This document shows positions 16,937-25,724 of a DNA stretch of 61,532 bases, in pieces. Every line of letters starts with the position of its first letter. The stretch's first letter is position 1. Below the pieces are notes generated by a model. It made no database searches. It saw only the letters and a program-made list of their open reading frames with translations, and had not been told where the DNA came from. The DNA comes from Thermoleophilaceae bacterium (GTDB lineage: Bacteria; Actinomycetota; Thermoleophilia; Solirubrobacterales; Thermoleophilaceae): positions 1-61,532 of the forward strand of contig JAICRZ010000001.1 in assembly GCA_025937135.1 (NCBI GenBank), written 5' to 3'. The translations under genes were made by a program, and so were the position numbers.

Positions 16937-18343
16937 CTAGCGCGCCCGGAACTTCACCGACGGCGAGGCCGCCGCTCCACCGCACCCGGAGCGCACCCGG
17001 GCGACCGCCCGGTAGGTGCCCCGGCGCAGCCGCACCGTCCGCGAGAAGCGGCCGTTGGCGCGAGCCCGGATGTGCAGCCTGCGCGTGTGCGCCCAGCGGC
17101 CGCCGCGCTTTCGGTGGCGCAGCGCCACCGCCACCTGGCCGGCGCAGCCCGGCCGGATCGCACCCCAGACCTTGGCGCGCGCTGCGCGGCGCGCCCTGAC
17201 GTGGACCCTGACGCGGCGCTTCACGCCGGCCGGCACGGCCGTGCCTTCCGGGGCGGGGCGCGCCGGCGGCGCGGGGGCAGGAGCCGGCGGCGCGGTGTAC
17301 GGGCCGGTGTTCCAGGCCCGCAGCGTGTCCTCGGCCGGCTTGCCGCGCACGCTGAACTCGCCGTCGGAGGGGTCGTAGCCGCCGGCGGCGCTCCAGTCCC
17401 ACCAGTAGATCCCCCGGAACCACGGCACCCCCGACCACGCGCGGAACGCGGCCTCGTAGGCACGCTGCTGCGCGTCGGCGGACACCGCGCCGTTGGTCCA
17501 CCAGGGAGTCTGCGCCGTGCCGGTGCGGCTCTGGTAGCCGAGCTCGGTGAAGATCACGGGCTTGCCGGTGCGGGCGCTCAGCTTGCCGAGGTCGCTCACG
17601 TAGCCGCGCTGCCACCACGCCGCGGTGAGGTCGTCCACGCTGGGATCGGCGCCCGCGGCGGCCAGCGGCATGTAGGCGTCGACGCCGATGAAGTCGAGGG
17701 CGTCCCAGAAGCCGATGCGGAGGGCGCCGTCGAGCTGGTTGGCGGCGAACGTGAGCCGGCCGCTGAAACGGGCCCGGGCGACGTCGACGATCCGGCGCCA
17801 TTCGGCCGTGTCGGACGACATGCTGGTGAGCTCGGTGCCGACCACGAGCATCGTCGCGCCGCCGCGCGCCGCGAGGTCCGCGTAGTGGTCGATCATCGTC
17901 CGGTAGTCGGTGTACCAGGCGTCGCGGTCCGCGGGGGCGATGTCGCCGCGGAAGCTTCCGTCGAACACGTCGACGTGCGGCTTCACGACCACGTCCATGC
18001 CCAGGGCGCGAGCGGTCGCCATGGCTCGCAGGAGGCCGGCATCACTCGCCGTCTTGGTGGCGTTGGGCTGTACGGAGGAGTCGGTGGAGGTGTTCATCCA
18101 CCAGGTGGGCACGAGCTCGACCGAAGTGGTGCCGGTCGCGCGCAGCGCGGCGAGCGAGGCGTCGCTCGGCGCCTTCTCCCAGTCGTCGTGCCACCACGAG
18201 GCCACGTTCATCCCCCGCTGCCAGTCGGGGGGCAGACCTGCCGCGGAGGCGCCGGCGGCGGGTGCCGCGAGCGCGCAGGCGAAAACCGCCGCAAGGATCG
18301 CGACGAACTTCCGACCGGCCGCCTGGCGGAAGCGGGGAGCCAT
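16937..18343 (-). CDS. exported TIM-barrel glycoside-hydrolase-like protein (paralog 1) with Pro-rich linker and Arg-rich C-terminal domain
   Basis: Signal peptide KFVAILAAVFACALAAPAAGASA. Clan GH-A-like candidate catalytic Glu in VVGTELTSM and IFTELGYQS. Shares KPHVD, TFAAN and WDALD.IG.DAYMPL with ORFs 18467-19519 and 21002-22039. Confidence 0.75.
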   Translation of the reverse strand: MAPRFRQAAGRKFVAILAAVFACALAAPAAGASAAGLPPDWQRGMNVASWWHDDWEKAPSDASLAALRATGTTSVELVPTWWMNTSTDSSVQPNATKTASDAGLLRAMATARALGMDVVVKPHVDVFDGSFRGDIAPADRDAWYTDYRTMIDHYADLAARGGATMLVVGTELTSMSSDTAEWRRIVDVARARFSGRLTFAANQLDGALRIGFWDALDFIGVDAYMPLAAAGADPSVDDLTAAWWQRGYVSDLGKLSARTGKPVIFTELGYQSRTGTAQTPWWTNGAVSADAQQRAYEAAFRAWSGVPWFRGIYWWDWSAAGGYDPSDGEFSVRGKPAEDTLRAWNTGPYTAPPAPAPAPPARPAPEGTAVPAGVKRRVRVHVRARRAARAKVWGAIRPGCAGQVAVALRHRKRGGRWAHTRRLHIRARANGRFSRTVRLRRGTYRAVARVRSGCGGAAASPSVKFRAR

Positions 18344-18466
18344 CCCGCCGGTGTCGTCGCCGGCCGCGGAACGGGACAGCCGGGACCGGCGATCCTGGAC
18401 GCATTTGCGACAGATCCAGCCAAATGGAGGCTGGCGCGGCCGCCGTAACTGGGCTATAGGTAGGCA

Positions 18467-19519
18467 GTGGCCTCAGCGAAGCCAGCCGTGTTTGCAGCAC
18501 TGCTCGCATGCGTCTGCGGCGTGGCCGCGGGGCCCGCGCAGGCCAAGCCGCGGCCGGTGCCGTTCATGCGCGGAGTCACGCTGGGCACGTGGGGCTCCGC
18601 GGGATACGCCCCCGCCGCCACGCGCGCGCAACTGCGCCGGCTGCGGGCCCGCCACGTGGACACCGTGACGCTGCTGGTGTCATGGGGCCAGTCCGGCAAG
18701 ACATCCACCACGGTCGCGCCCAACTCCGGCACCGTCCCCACCCCCGCTCTCGCGACTGCGATTCGCTCTGCCCGCAAGCTCGGCATGAAGGTCGTGCTAC
18801 GCCCCTACGTCGATCCGCTCGACGGCACCTGGCGCGGGTTGATCGAGCCGCGCTCCGTGAACGCCTGGTTCCGGAGCTACGACCGCTTCATCCTCAGCTA
18901 CGCCTCGCTGGCGCGGCGCGAGCACGTGCGCGGCTTCGTCGTGGGCAGCGAGATGTCCTCGCTCGCGCGCTACTCCGCGCAGTGGCGTTCACTGGTGGGC
19001 AAGGTGCGCCACCGCTTCCGCGGCTTCGTCACCTACCAGGCCAACTGGTACCTCGAGCCGGTCGGGATCAACTGGTGGGACGCGGTCGACGCGATCGACG
19101 TGTCGGCCTGGTACGAGCTCACCGACAAACTCAACCCGACCGTATCCGAGCTCGTGCAGAGCTGGACCAGCACGAGCAACGGCCTGGGCGTGAACTGGTT
19201 CGCCCAGGTGCGCGGCCTCCAGCACACCTGGAACCGGCCGGTGATGTTCGGCGAGATCGGCTATCGAGCCTCGGCCGACACCGCGGCCCACCCGTGGGAG
19301 CTCGATAGCCCCTCCGGCGTGCCGGCCAGCGCCGCAGCTCAGCGGCGCGCGTACGAGGCTGCCTTCCGCGTCTGGTACGGCCAGCCGTGGTTCAAGGGCT
19401 TCGACTGGTGGTACGTACCGGCACCCGGCGCGCCGCCGCGCAGCTCGCCGAGCGGCGCACACCAACTGACAGCGGGACTGCTGCGTCTCATCAGCCGGCG
19501 CTACGGGGGGAAGAGATGA
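18467..19519 (+). CDS. exported TIM-barrel glycoside-hydrolase-like protein (paralog 2)
   Basis: GTG start 6 nt after TATAGG. Signal peptide AVFAALLACVCGVAAGPAQA. Motifs VVGSEMSSL, MFGEIGYRAS, WWDAVDAIDVSAWYEL. Confidence 0.75.
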   Translation: MASAKPAVFAALLACVCGVAAGPAQAKPRPVPFMRGVTLGTWGSAGYAPAATRAQLRRLRARHVDTVTLLVSWGQSGKTSTTVAPNSGTVPTPALATAIRSARKLGMKVVLRPYVDPLDGTWRGLIEPRSVNAWFRSYDRFILSYASLARREHVRGFVVGSEMSSLARYSAQWRSLVGKVRHRFRGFVTYQANWYLEPVGINWWDAVDAIDVSAWYELTDKLNPTVSELVQSWTSTSNGLGVNWFAQVRGLQHTWNRPVMFGEIGYRASADTAAHPWELDSPSGVPASAAAQRRAYEAAFRVWYGQPWFKGFDWWYVPAPGAPPRSSPSGAHQLTAGLLRLISRRYGGKR

Positions 19520-20997
19520 CGCTGGACATGGAGTTCCGGGCCGGCGAGGCCACGCCGGGCAATCCGGTCGAGACCGCAATCCTGGGCGGCGGTCCCGCAG
19601 GCCTCACCGCCGCTTACGTCCTGGCCCGCCGCGGCAGGCGCGGCGTGGTCTTCGAGGCCGGCAAGCAGGTGGGCGGCATCGCGCGCACCGAGCGCCGCAA
19701 CGGCTACCGCTTCGACCTGGGCGGGCATCGGTTCTTCACGAAGCTCGCCCCGGTGCAGCGGCTGTGGGAGGAGGTGCTGGGCGAGGAGCTGCTCAAGCGT
19801 CCGCGCCTGTCGCGCATCTTCTTCGACGGCAAGTACCTGAGCTACCCGCTCACGTCGAAGGACGTGGTGTCGCGCCTCGGGATCGTCGAGTCCACCCGCT
19901 GCGCTCTGTCCTACATGTGGGCCCTGCGCAAGCGCGGCGGCAACCCGGAGACGTTCGAGGAGTGGGTCACCTCGCGGTTCGGCGTTCGCCTGTACGAGAC
20001 GTTCTTCCGCACCTACACCGAGAAGGTCTGGGGCATCCCGGGCTCCGAGATCCGCGCGCAGTGGGCCGCCCAGCGGATCAAGGACTTCTCGCTGTTCATG
20101 GCCATGCTCTCGATCCTCAAGCTGCGCCGCCGCACGGTCACGACCCTGATCGAGGAGTTCCACTACCCGCGGCTCGGCCCGGGCCAGATGTGGGAGGCGT
20201 TCGAGGAGCGCGTCGAGGAGGCGCGCATCCCGGTGCTCAAGCGGCACCGCGCCGAGACCCTGCGCCACCGTGACGGCCGCATCACGAGCATCGTCGTGGA
20301 GAGCGACGGCGCCCGCACCGAGCACATCGTCGACGGCGTGCTGTCGAGCATCCCGCTGCGCGAGCTCGTGCTCTCGCTCGAGCCCGCGGCGCCGCCGCAC
20401 GTCACAGCTGCGGCGCGCAAGCTGCAGTACCGCTCGCTCTGCCTGGTAAGCCTGATGACCACCGAGGCGGAGCCCTTCCCCGACAACTGGATCTACCTGC
20501 ACGACCCGGGCGTGCGTGCCGGCCGTGTGCAGAACTTCGGCGCGTGGAGCGAGTCGATGGTCAAGCCCGGCACCACCTGCCTCGGGGTCGAGTACTTCTG
20601 CTTCGAGGGCGACGACATCTGGGAGATGCCGGAGGCGGAGGCCGTCGCGCTGGCACGCGACGAGCTGGCCCGGATCGGGCTCATCGACCCCAGCAAGGTG
20701 TTCGACGGCACCAAGACCTACGTTCCCAAGGCGTACCCGGTCTACGACTCTCCGTACGAGGACGCGGTCGCGGTGCTGCGCGAGTACCTGGCCGGCTTCA
20801 CGAACCTCCAGACGTTCGGCCGCAACGGCCTGCACCGCTACAACAACCAGGACCACTCGATGTGGACGGCCATCCTCGGGACGCTGAACCTGCTCGACGA
20901 CGCGGGCCACGACGTCTGGTCCGTGAACACCGAAGCCGAGTATCACGAGGAGGGCGAGGCCGTCGAGGAGCTCCTCGACCTCCAGCTCGTGAGTTGA
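19516..20997 (+). CDS. NAD(P)/FAD-dependent oxidoreductase (amine-oxidase / UDP-galactopyranose-mutase-like fold)
   Basis: ATG 19516 overlaps the upstream stop (ATGA). It lies in frame inside track ORF 19387-20997. Dinucleotide-binding motif AILGGGPAGLTAAYVLA...VFEAGKQVGG, followed by GGHRFFTK. Confidence 0.8.
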   Translation: MTLDMEFRAGEATPGNPVETAILGGGPAGLTAAYVLARRGRRGVVFEAGKQVGGIARTERRNGYRFDLGGHRFFTKLAPVQRLWEEVLGEELLKRPRLSRIFFDGKYLSYPLTSKDVVSRLGIVESTRCALSYMWALRKRGGNPETFEEWVTSRFGVRLYETFFRTYTEKVWGIPGSEIRAQWAAQRIKDFSLFMAMLSILKLRRRTVTTLIEEFHYPRLGPGQMWEAFEERVEEARIPVLKRHRAETLRHRDGRITSIVVESDGARTEHIVDGVLSSIPLRELVLSLEPAAPPHVTAAARKLQYRSLCLVSLMTTEAEPFPDNWIYLHDPGVRAGRVQNFGAWSESMVKPGTTCLGVEYFCFEGDDIWEMPEAEAVALARDELARIGLIDPSKVFDGTKTYVPKAYPVYDSPYEDAVAVLREYLAGFTNLQTFGRNGLHRYNNQDHSMWTAILGTLNLLDDAGHDVWSVNTEAEYHEEGEAVEELLDLQLVS

Positions 20998-21001
20998 TGC
21001 G

Positions 21002-22039
21002 CTACTGCGGCGGCGCTCCATTCCAGCGCCGCAGAACCCGCTCCGCCGCCCTGCCCCCCGGGTCGAACTCGTCTCCGGACGCGGGCTCGCGGGCGGGCCA
21101 GTCCCACCAGAGGATGCCGCGCACCCACGATTGCCGCGACCAGACGCGGAGGGCCGCCTCGTAGGCGCGGGCCTGGGCCGAGGCGCTGCGGCGCCCGCGT
21201 GGCTGCGCCGGATCGGCCGCGGCGCCTGTCCTGCTGCCGTAGCCGATCTCGGTGAACAGCACGGGCTTGCCGGCTGCCCGGCGGATCGCGTCGATGCTCG
21301 ACACGTAGGGCTGCCAGGCGCGGACGAGCTGCTCGACGGTCGGGTCGGCGGCGGCGGTGCGCAGCGGCATGTAGGCGTCGATCCCGATCGCGTCGAGCGC
21401 GTCCCAGAAGCGGACGGCGCGCGCTCCCTCGTCCCAGTTGGCCGCGAACGTGAGTGTGCCCCTGAAGCGGCTCCGCACCTGCGCGACCAGCGCGCGCCAG
21501 CGGTTCTCATACCGCGTCATGCTGCTCAGCTCGGTTGCCACCACGAACGTCGTCGCACCCCCGCGCTGGGCCAGCGAGGCGTAGTGGAGCACCATCCGCC
21601 CGTAGCTCGCGAACCACGCGGGCACCGAGGCCGGCGCTATCTCTCCGCGGAACACGCCGCTGTCCACATCCACATGGGGCTTGACGATCACCTCGAGACC
21701 GAGCGCGCGAGCGCGCCGCATGGCGACCAACAGGCTCGTGTCGGTGGCGGTTCGCGCCGCGTCGGGCTCCACGCTCGAGGAGCGGGAGTCGCGCATGTAC
21801 CAGTAGGGGTCGAGCGCCACCGCGCGGGTGCCGGTGGCGGCCAGGGCCCTCAGCGACCGCCCCGCCGCGGGGCGGGCGTAGCCGCCCGCGGTGAAGGACG
21901 TGAAGTTCATGCCGCGCACCCAACCGCTCGGCAGCAGCGCGCGCCGCGGCTCGGGCGCCGCCCGGCGGCCCCCGCCGCCGCACCCGGCCACCGCCGCCGC
22001 GACGATCGCCCAGACAGCCAGGGCGCGCATGGCGCTCAC
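21002..22039 (-). CDS. TIM-barrel glycoside-hydrolase-like lipoprotein (paralog 3)
   Basis: Lipobox AAVAGC. Motifs VVATELSSM, LFTEIGYGS, KPHVD, TFAANW, FWDALDAIGIDAYMPL. GTG 22039 or ATG 22030 as start. Confidence 0.75.
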   Translation of the reverse strand: MSAMRALAVWAIVAAAVAGCGGGGRRAAPEPRRALLPSGWVRGMNFTSFTAGGYARPAAGRSLRALAATGTRAVALDPYWYMRDSRSSSVEPDAARTATDTSLLVAMRRARALGLEVIVKPHVDVDSGVFRGEIAPASVPAWFASYGRMVLHYASLAQRGGATTFVVATELSSMTRYENRWRALVAQVRSRFRGTLTFAANWDEGARAVRFWDALDAIGIDAYMPLRTAAADPTVEQLVRAWQPYVSSIDAIRRAAGKPVLFTEIGYGSRTGAAADPAQPRGRRSASAQARAYEAALRVWSRQSWVRGILWWDWPAREPASGDEFDPGGRAAERVLRRWNGAPPQ

Positions 22040-22053
22040 GGGGTGGACGCTCC

Positions 22054-23811
22054 GTGACCGGGGGCGAGACCTGGACGGCCCCGTGGGGCGGTGCGGAGCG
22101 CACGCTCAGCCGCCGGCAGGTGGCGGCCGCCGCGCTCGTGGCGCTGGCCTGCGTGGCGGGCGTGGTGGCATGGGGAGCGGCGACCGTGCTCGCCGTCATC
22201 GTCGGCCTGGCGACGCTGCTGTTCGCGTCCACCACGTATCTGCGCCTGGCATACCTGTTCGCCGGCCGTCGCAGCAGCGGCGAAGGAGCGCTGCTCGCAG
22301 CCGCACCGCTCGGCGCGCCGCTGCCCCGCTACACCGTGATGGCGGCCCTCTACCACGAGGCCGCCGTGGTGCAGGGCCTCCTCGAGTCGCTCGCGCAGCT
22401 GGACTACCCCGCCGACCGGCTCGAGGTGCTGTTGCTGGTGGAGCACGACGACCCGGAGACCGAGGCGGCCTGCCGGGCCCACCTGCGCCCCGGCTGGTCG
22501 GTGGTGGTGGTGCCCCCCGGTGTCCCCCGCACGAAGCCACGCGCCCTCAACCACGGGCTCGGCCACACCACCGGGGAGTTCTTCACGATCTACGACGCGG
22601 AGGACCGGCCCGACGCCGATCAGCTCCTCAAGGCGGTGAGCGAGTTCCGCCGGCTCCCGCAGAGCGTCGCCGCACTCCAGGCGCGCCTCGACTTCTACAA
22701 CTCGCGCCAGAACGCGCTCACGCGCTGGTTCACATGCGACTACGCGACGCACTTCGGCCTGCTGCTGAGCGGGATCGCGCACCATCGCCACCCCCTGCCG
22801 CTCGGAGGCACCTCCACCCACTTCCGCACCGACGTGATCCGCCGCGTGGGCGGGTGGGACGCCTGGAACGTGACCGAGGACTGTGAGCTTGGGATGAGGC
22901 TCGCCGCCGCCGGCTTCGTCTCGCTCCGCCTGGCCTCGGTGACCATGGAGGAGGCCGTGCCGAGGCTCCGGCCCTGGGTGCGCCAGCGCTCGCGCTGGGT
23001 GAAGGGCTACGCCCAGACGGGGTTGCAGATCACGAGGGCGCCGGTACGTTCCGCGCGCGCGATGGGACTGCGCCCCTACCTGTCCGCACTCGGGATCGTG
23101 GCTGCCGCGCCGGTCGCGCTCGTGGCGCAGATCGTGTTCTGGGCAGTGCTCGCGGTCTACGTGGTGCTGCGCGTATCGGGCGCCGACGTCTCGCCGATCG
23201 AGCGCGTCTTCCCCGAGCCCCTGCTCACGCTCGGGATGGTGTCGCTGATCGTCGGGAACTTCGTGGTCCTCGCCGCTCACGTGGCTGAGATCTACCACCT
23301 CCGGCGGCACGACCTCGTGGCATACGCAGTCGCCATGCCCATCTACTGGACGCTCGCGTCGATCGCGGCCTGGCGCGGTGTGCTCCAGCTCCTCTGGAGC
23401 CCGCATTTCTGGGAGAAGACCGAGCACGGCATGGGCGGCGCCGCGGACGTGGGCCACCTGCCGGCGGCGGTCCTGTCGCCGTCGCGCACCGCGCCACCTC
23501 GCGACGGTGGGGCGGTCCTGGAGCTGCTCGTGCGACACGGGCGCACCTACCCCGAGCTGGCCGTGGTGCTGGGCCTGCCGGAGGCCGAGGTGCGGCGCCT
23601 CGCGCTCGAGGCTCTCGACAGGCTCCACGCATTCGGCGACAGCCGCGTCGAGCCGGAGTGGTACGCGCCCCTGGCCGACTACGTCCTCGGTCAGGACGCG
23701 GGCAGCGGCGAGCTGGCCGACCACCTCGAGCGCGCCCCGGACGCGCGCGCATGGGTGGCCTCCGTCAGGCGCGAGCTCGAGCGGAGCTACCGCGCCGGAG
23801 GCGGCGAATGA
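22054..23811 (+). CDS. processive family-2 glycosyltransferase (synthase type) with C-terminal sigma-70 region-4-like / anti-sigma-like module
   Basis: GTG start and two N-terminal TM segments. GT2 synthase motifs YDAEDRP, VTEDCELG and QRSRWVKG (QxxRW), followed by 3-4 TM segments. The C-terminal ~99 aa read LELLVRHGRTYPELAVVLGLPEAEVRRLALEALDRL...LADYVLGQ. Confidence 0.88.
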   Translation: MTGGETWTAPWGGAERTLSRRQVAAAALVALACVAGVVAWGAATVLAVIVGLATLLFASTTYLRLAYLFAGRRSSGEGALLAAAPLGAPLPRYTVMAALYHEAAVVQGLLESLAQLDYPADRLEVLLLVEHDDPETEAACRAHLRPGWSVVVVPPGVPRTKPRALNHGLGHTTGEFFTIYDAEDRPDADQLLKAVSEFRRLPQSVAALQARLDFYNSRQNALTRWFTCDYATHFGLLLSGIAHHRHPLPLGGTSTHFRTDVIRRVGGWDAWNVTEDCELGMRLAAAGFVSLRLASVTMEEAVPRLRPWVRQRSRWVKGYAQTGLQITRAPVRSARAMGLRPYLSALGIVAAAPVALVAQIVFWAVLAVYVVLRVSGADVSPIERVFPEPLLTLGMVSLIVGNFVVLAAHVAEIYHLRRHDLVAYAVAMPIYWTLASIAAWRGVLQLLWSPHFWEKTEHGMGGAADVGHLPAAVLSPSRTAPPRDGGAVLELLVRHGRTYPELAVVLGLPEAEVRRLALEALDRLHAFGDSRVEPEWYAPLADYVLGQDAGSGELADHLERAPDARAWVASVRRELERSYRAGGGE

Positions 23812-25724
23812 CCCCGGAGGCGGTGCGCGACCGGGGCCGGCTCGTGGTCGAGCTGGTGCGCTCGCACGGGCGTTCCTACTCGGAGGTCGCCCGTGTGACC
23901 GGGATGAGCGAGGATGCCGTGCGAGACATGGCGCGCCGGTCGCTCGAGTCCGCCGCGCCGAGCGGCCAGGCATGCCCGGACCCGGAGCTGCGCGGCGCGC
24001 TGGCCGACTACGTACTGGGCCAGAGCACCCCGGTCGAGGAGCAGAGCGCACGCGAGGCGCTGGCTCGGTCGGCCGACGCGCGCCAGTGGGTCGATTCCCT
24101 GCGCGCCCCCGCGCCAGAGGTGGAGGCACGGCAGCCGAGCCGGCGCCGCCGGCTCGCGACACGCATGCGAGCCGCGAGGGTCCACTGGCCACTCTGGGCG
24201 ATGCTCACCGTCGCGCTGGGTGCTCTCGTGGCGACCGCCGTCTTCGTGTCGGACCGCGGCCAGATCCTCGGCTTCGACGACTCGCCGCGGCACGTGATCA
24301 TCTCGCTGCGCACGCTCACCGAGGGCATCCGGCAGCTCGGCACCCACTGGACCCCGCTCTTCCACGTGGTCGAGCTTCCGTTCGTGTGGATCAATCCCCT
24401 CTACCGGACGGGATTGAGCGGCACCGTGGTCTCCGTGCTCGCGTCGCTCGTGACGCTCTTCTGCGTGTACCGCCTGGCCCTGCTGCTGGACGGGCGGCGC
24501 TGGATCGCGACGGCCGCCGCGCTGCTGCTGGTGGCAAGCCCCAACTTCCTGCTGGCCGGCGTGATCCCGATGCAGCCTTCGGTGATCATGGCGTCCACGA
24601 CGGCCGCGGTGTACCTGTTCACCCGCTGGGCCACCCAGGGCCGGCACACCCGGCAGCTCGTGGTGGCGGGCTTCGCCCTCAGCGTCGCCACCTTGTCGCA
24701 CTTCGACGCGTGGCCGCTGCTGCCGCTCGAGATCGGGGCCGCCGCCCTCGTGATCTACATGCACCGGCGCGATCGCACCCACGCGACCGCAACCGGGCTC
24801 GTCCTGCTCGTGTGCGGCGGCTACGGCGTGGCGGTCTTCATCGCGTTGAACGTGCTCGTCTTCGGGCTGCCCACCGCCTTCCTCCACGAGAACGACATCA
24901 AGCTCGGAGGCTCCTCGCCCGGCGGGACGGGGTTCACTCCGCCGCGCGGCGGCGACGGGGTGGCCGCGTACCCGCTCGCGAGCTGGCACGTGGCGGGACC
25001 GGTGCTGGCCGTCGCGGGCCTGATCGGCGTGCTCGTCTTCATCTGGCGCTCCCGACGCTCACCGGCGACGCTCACGGCACTGATCCTCTTCTACCCGCTC
25101 GTCTGGTACACGGCGCAGGCGCTCACGAAGGGCAGCTACATCGTCGCCGGGCACCGCCTCCAGGACTGGACGCACCTGCGCTACGCGATCCCGATCCTGC
25201 CCGCCCTCGCGGTGTTCGCGGCCGTGGGATCGCGCTGGCGAGTGGTGGCCACCGCGCTGGTGGTGGGCGTCGCGGCCGTCTCCACCGTCACCGTCCTCCA
25301 CGGCCAGGTGGCGGGATGGGTGGACATGACGGGCGAGTCGGGCAAGATCGACAGCGTCGGGATGCGCCCCGCGGCGGCCTGGCTCAGAGCGAACATAGGC
25401 GAGGGCCGAGGGCGTGCCTGGATCCCCAATTTCGACCCCGACAACGACCGCTTCGAGCTGCTCACCGGCGTTCCGCCGGACCAGTTCGTCGACACGAACG
25501 CCACCGAGACCTGGCGCCTGCTCAACCGCGAGCCGTGGCTCGTCGACAAGCTGGGCGTGCACTGGATCATCCGCGTCGGCCAGCTCAAGCAGCCGAACTT
25601 CCCGCTGGCGATCCTCGGGACCGGCGCGCGCCGCTGCTGGTACTCGCACCCGAACGCGCGCGCCTCGGTGCAGATCTACACGATCGACTACTCCTGCCCG
25701 CCCGTCCCGCCGCAGTACCGCTGA
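23808..25724 (+). CDS. GT-C fold membrane glycosyltransferase (PMT/ArnT-like) with N-terminal sigma-70 region-4-like / anti-sigma-like module
   Basis: ATG 23808 overlaps the GT2 stop (ATGA). It lies in frame inside track ORF 23658-25724. N-terminus VELVRSHGRSYSEVARVTGMSEDAVRDMARRSLESA...LADYVLGQ. This is followed by ~10 or more TM segments, with an FDD motif right after TM1 and a C-terminal soluble domain. Confidence 0.75.
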   Translation: MTPEAVRDRGRLVVELVRSHGRSYSEVARVTGMSEDAVRDMARRSLESAAPSGQACPDPELRGALADYVLGQSTPVEEQSAREALARSADARQWVDSLRAPAPEVEARQPSRRRRLATRMRAARVHWPLWAMLTVALGALVATAVFVSDRGQILGFDDSPRHVIISLRTLTEGIRQLGTHWTPLFHVVELPFVWINPLYRTGLSGTVVSVLASLVTLFCVYRLALLLDGRRWIATAAALLLVASPNFLLAGVIPMQPSVIMASTTAAVYLFTRWATQGRHTRQLVVAGFALSVATLSHFDAWPLLPLEIGAAALVIYMHRRDRTHATATGLVLLVCGGYGVAVFIALNVLVFGLPTAFLHENDIKLGGSSPGGTGFTPPRGGDGVAAYPLASWHVAGPVLAVAGLIGVLVFIWRSRRSPATLTALILFYPLVWYTAQALTKGSYIVAGHRLQDWTHLRYAIPILPALAVFAAVGSRWRVVATALVVGVAAVSTVTVLHGQVAGWVDMTGESGKIDSVGMRPAAAWLRANIGEGRGRAWIPNFDPDNDRFELLTGVPPDQFVDTNATETWRLLNREPWLVDKLGVHWIIRVGQLKQPNFPLAILGTGARRCWYSHPNARASVQIYTIDYSCPPVPPQYR

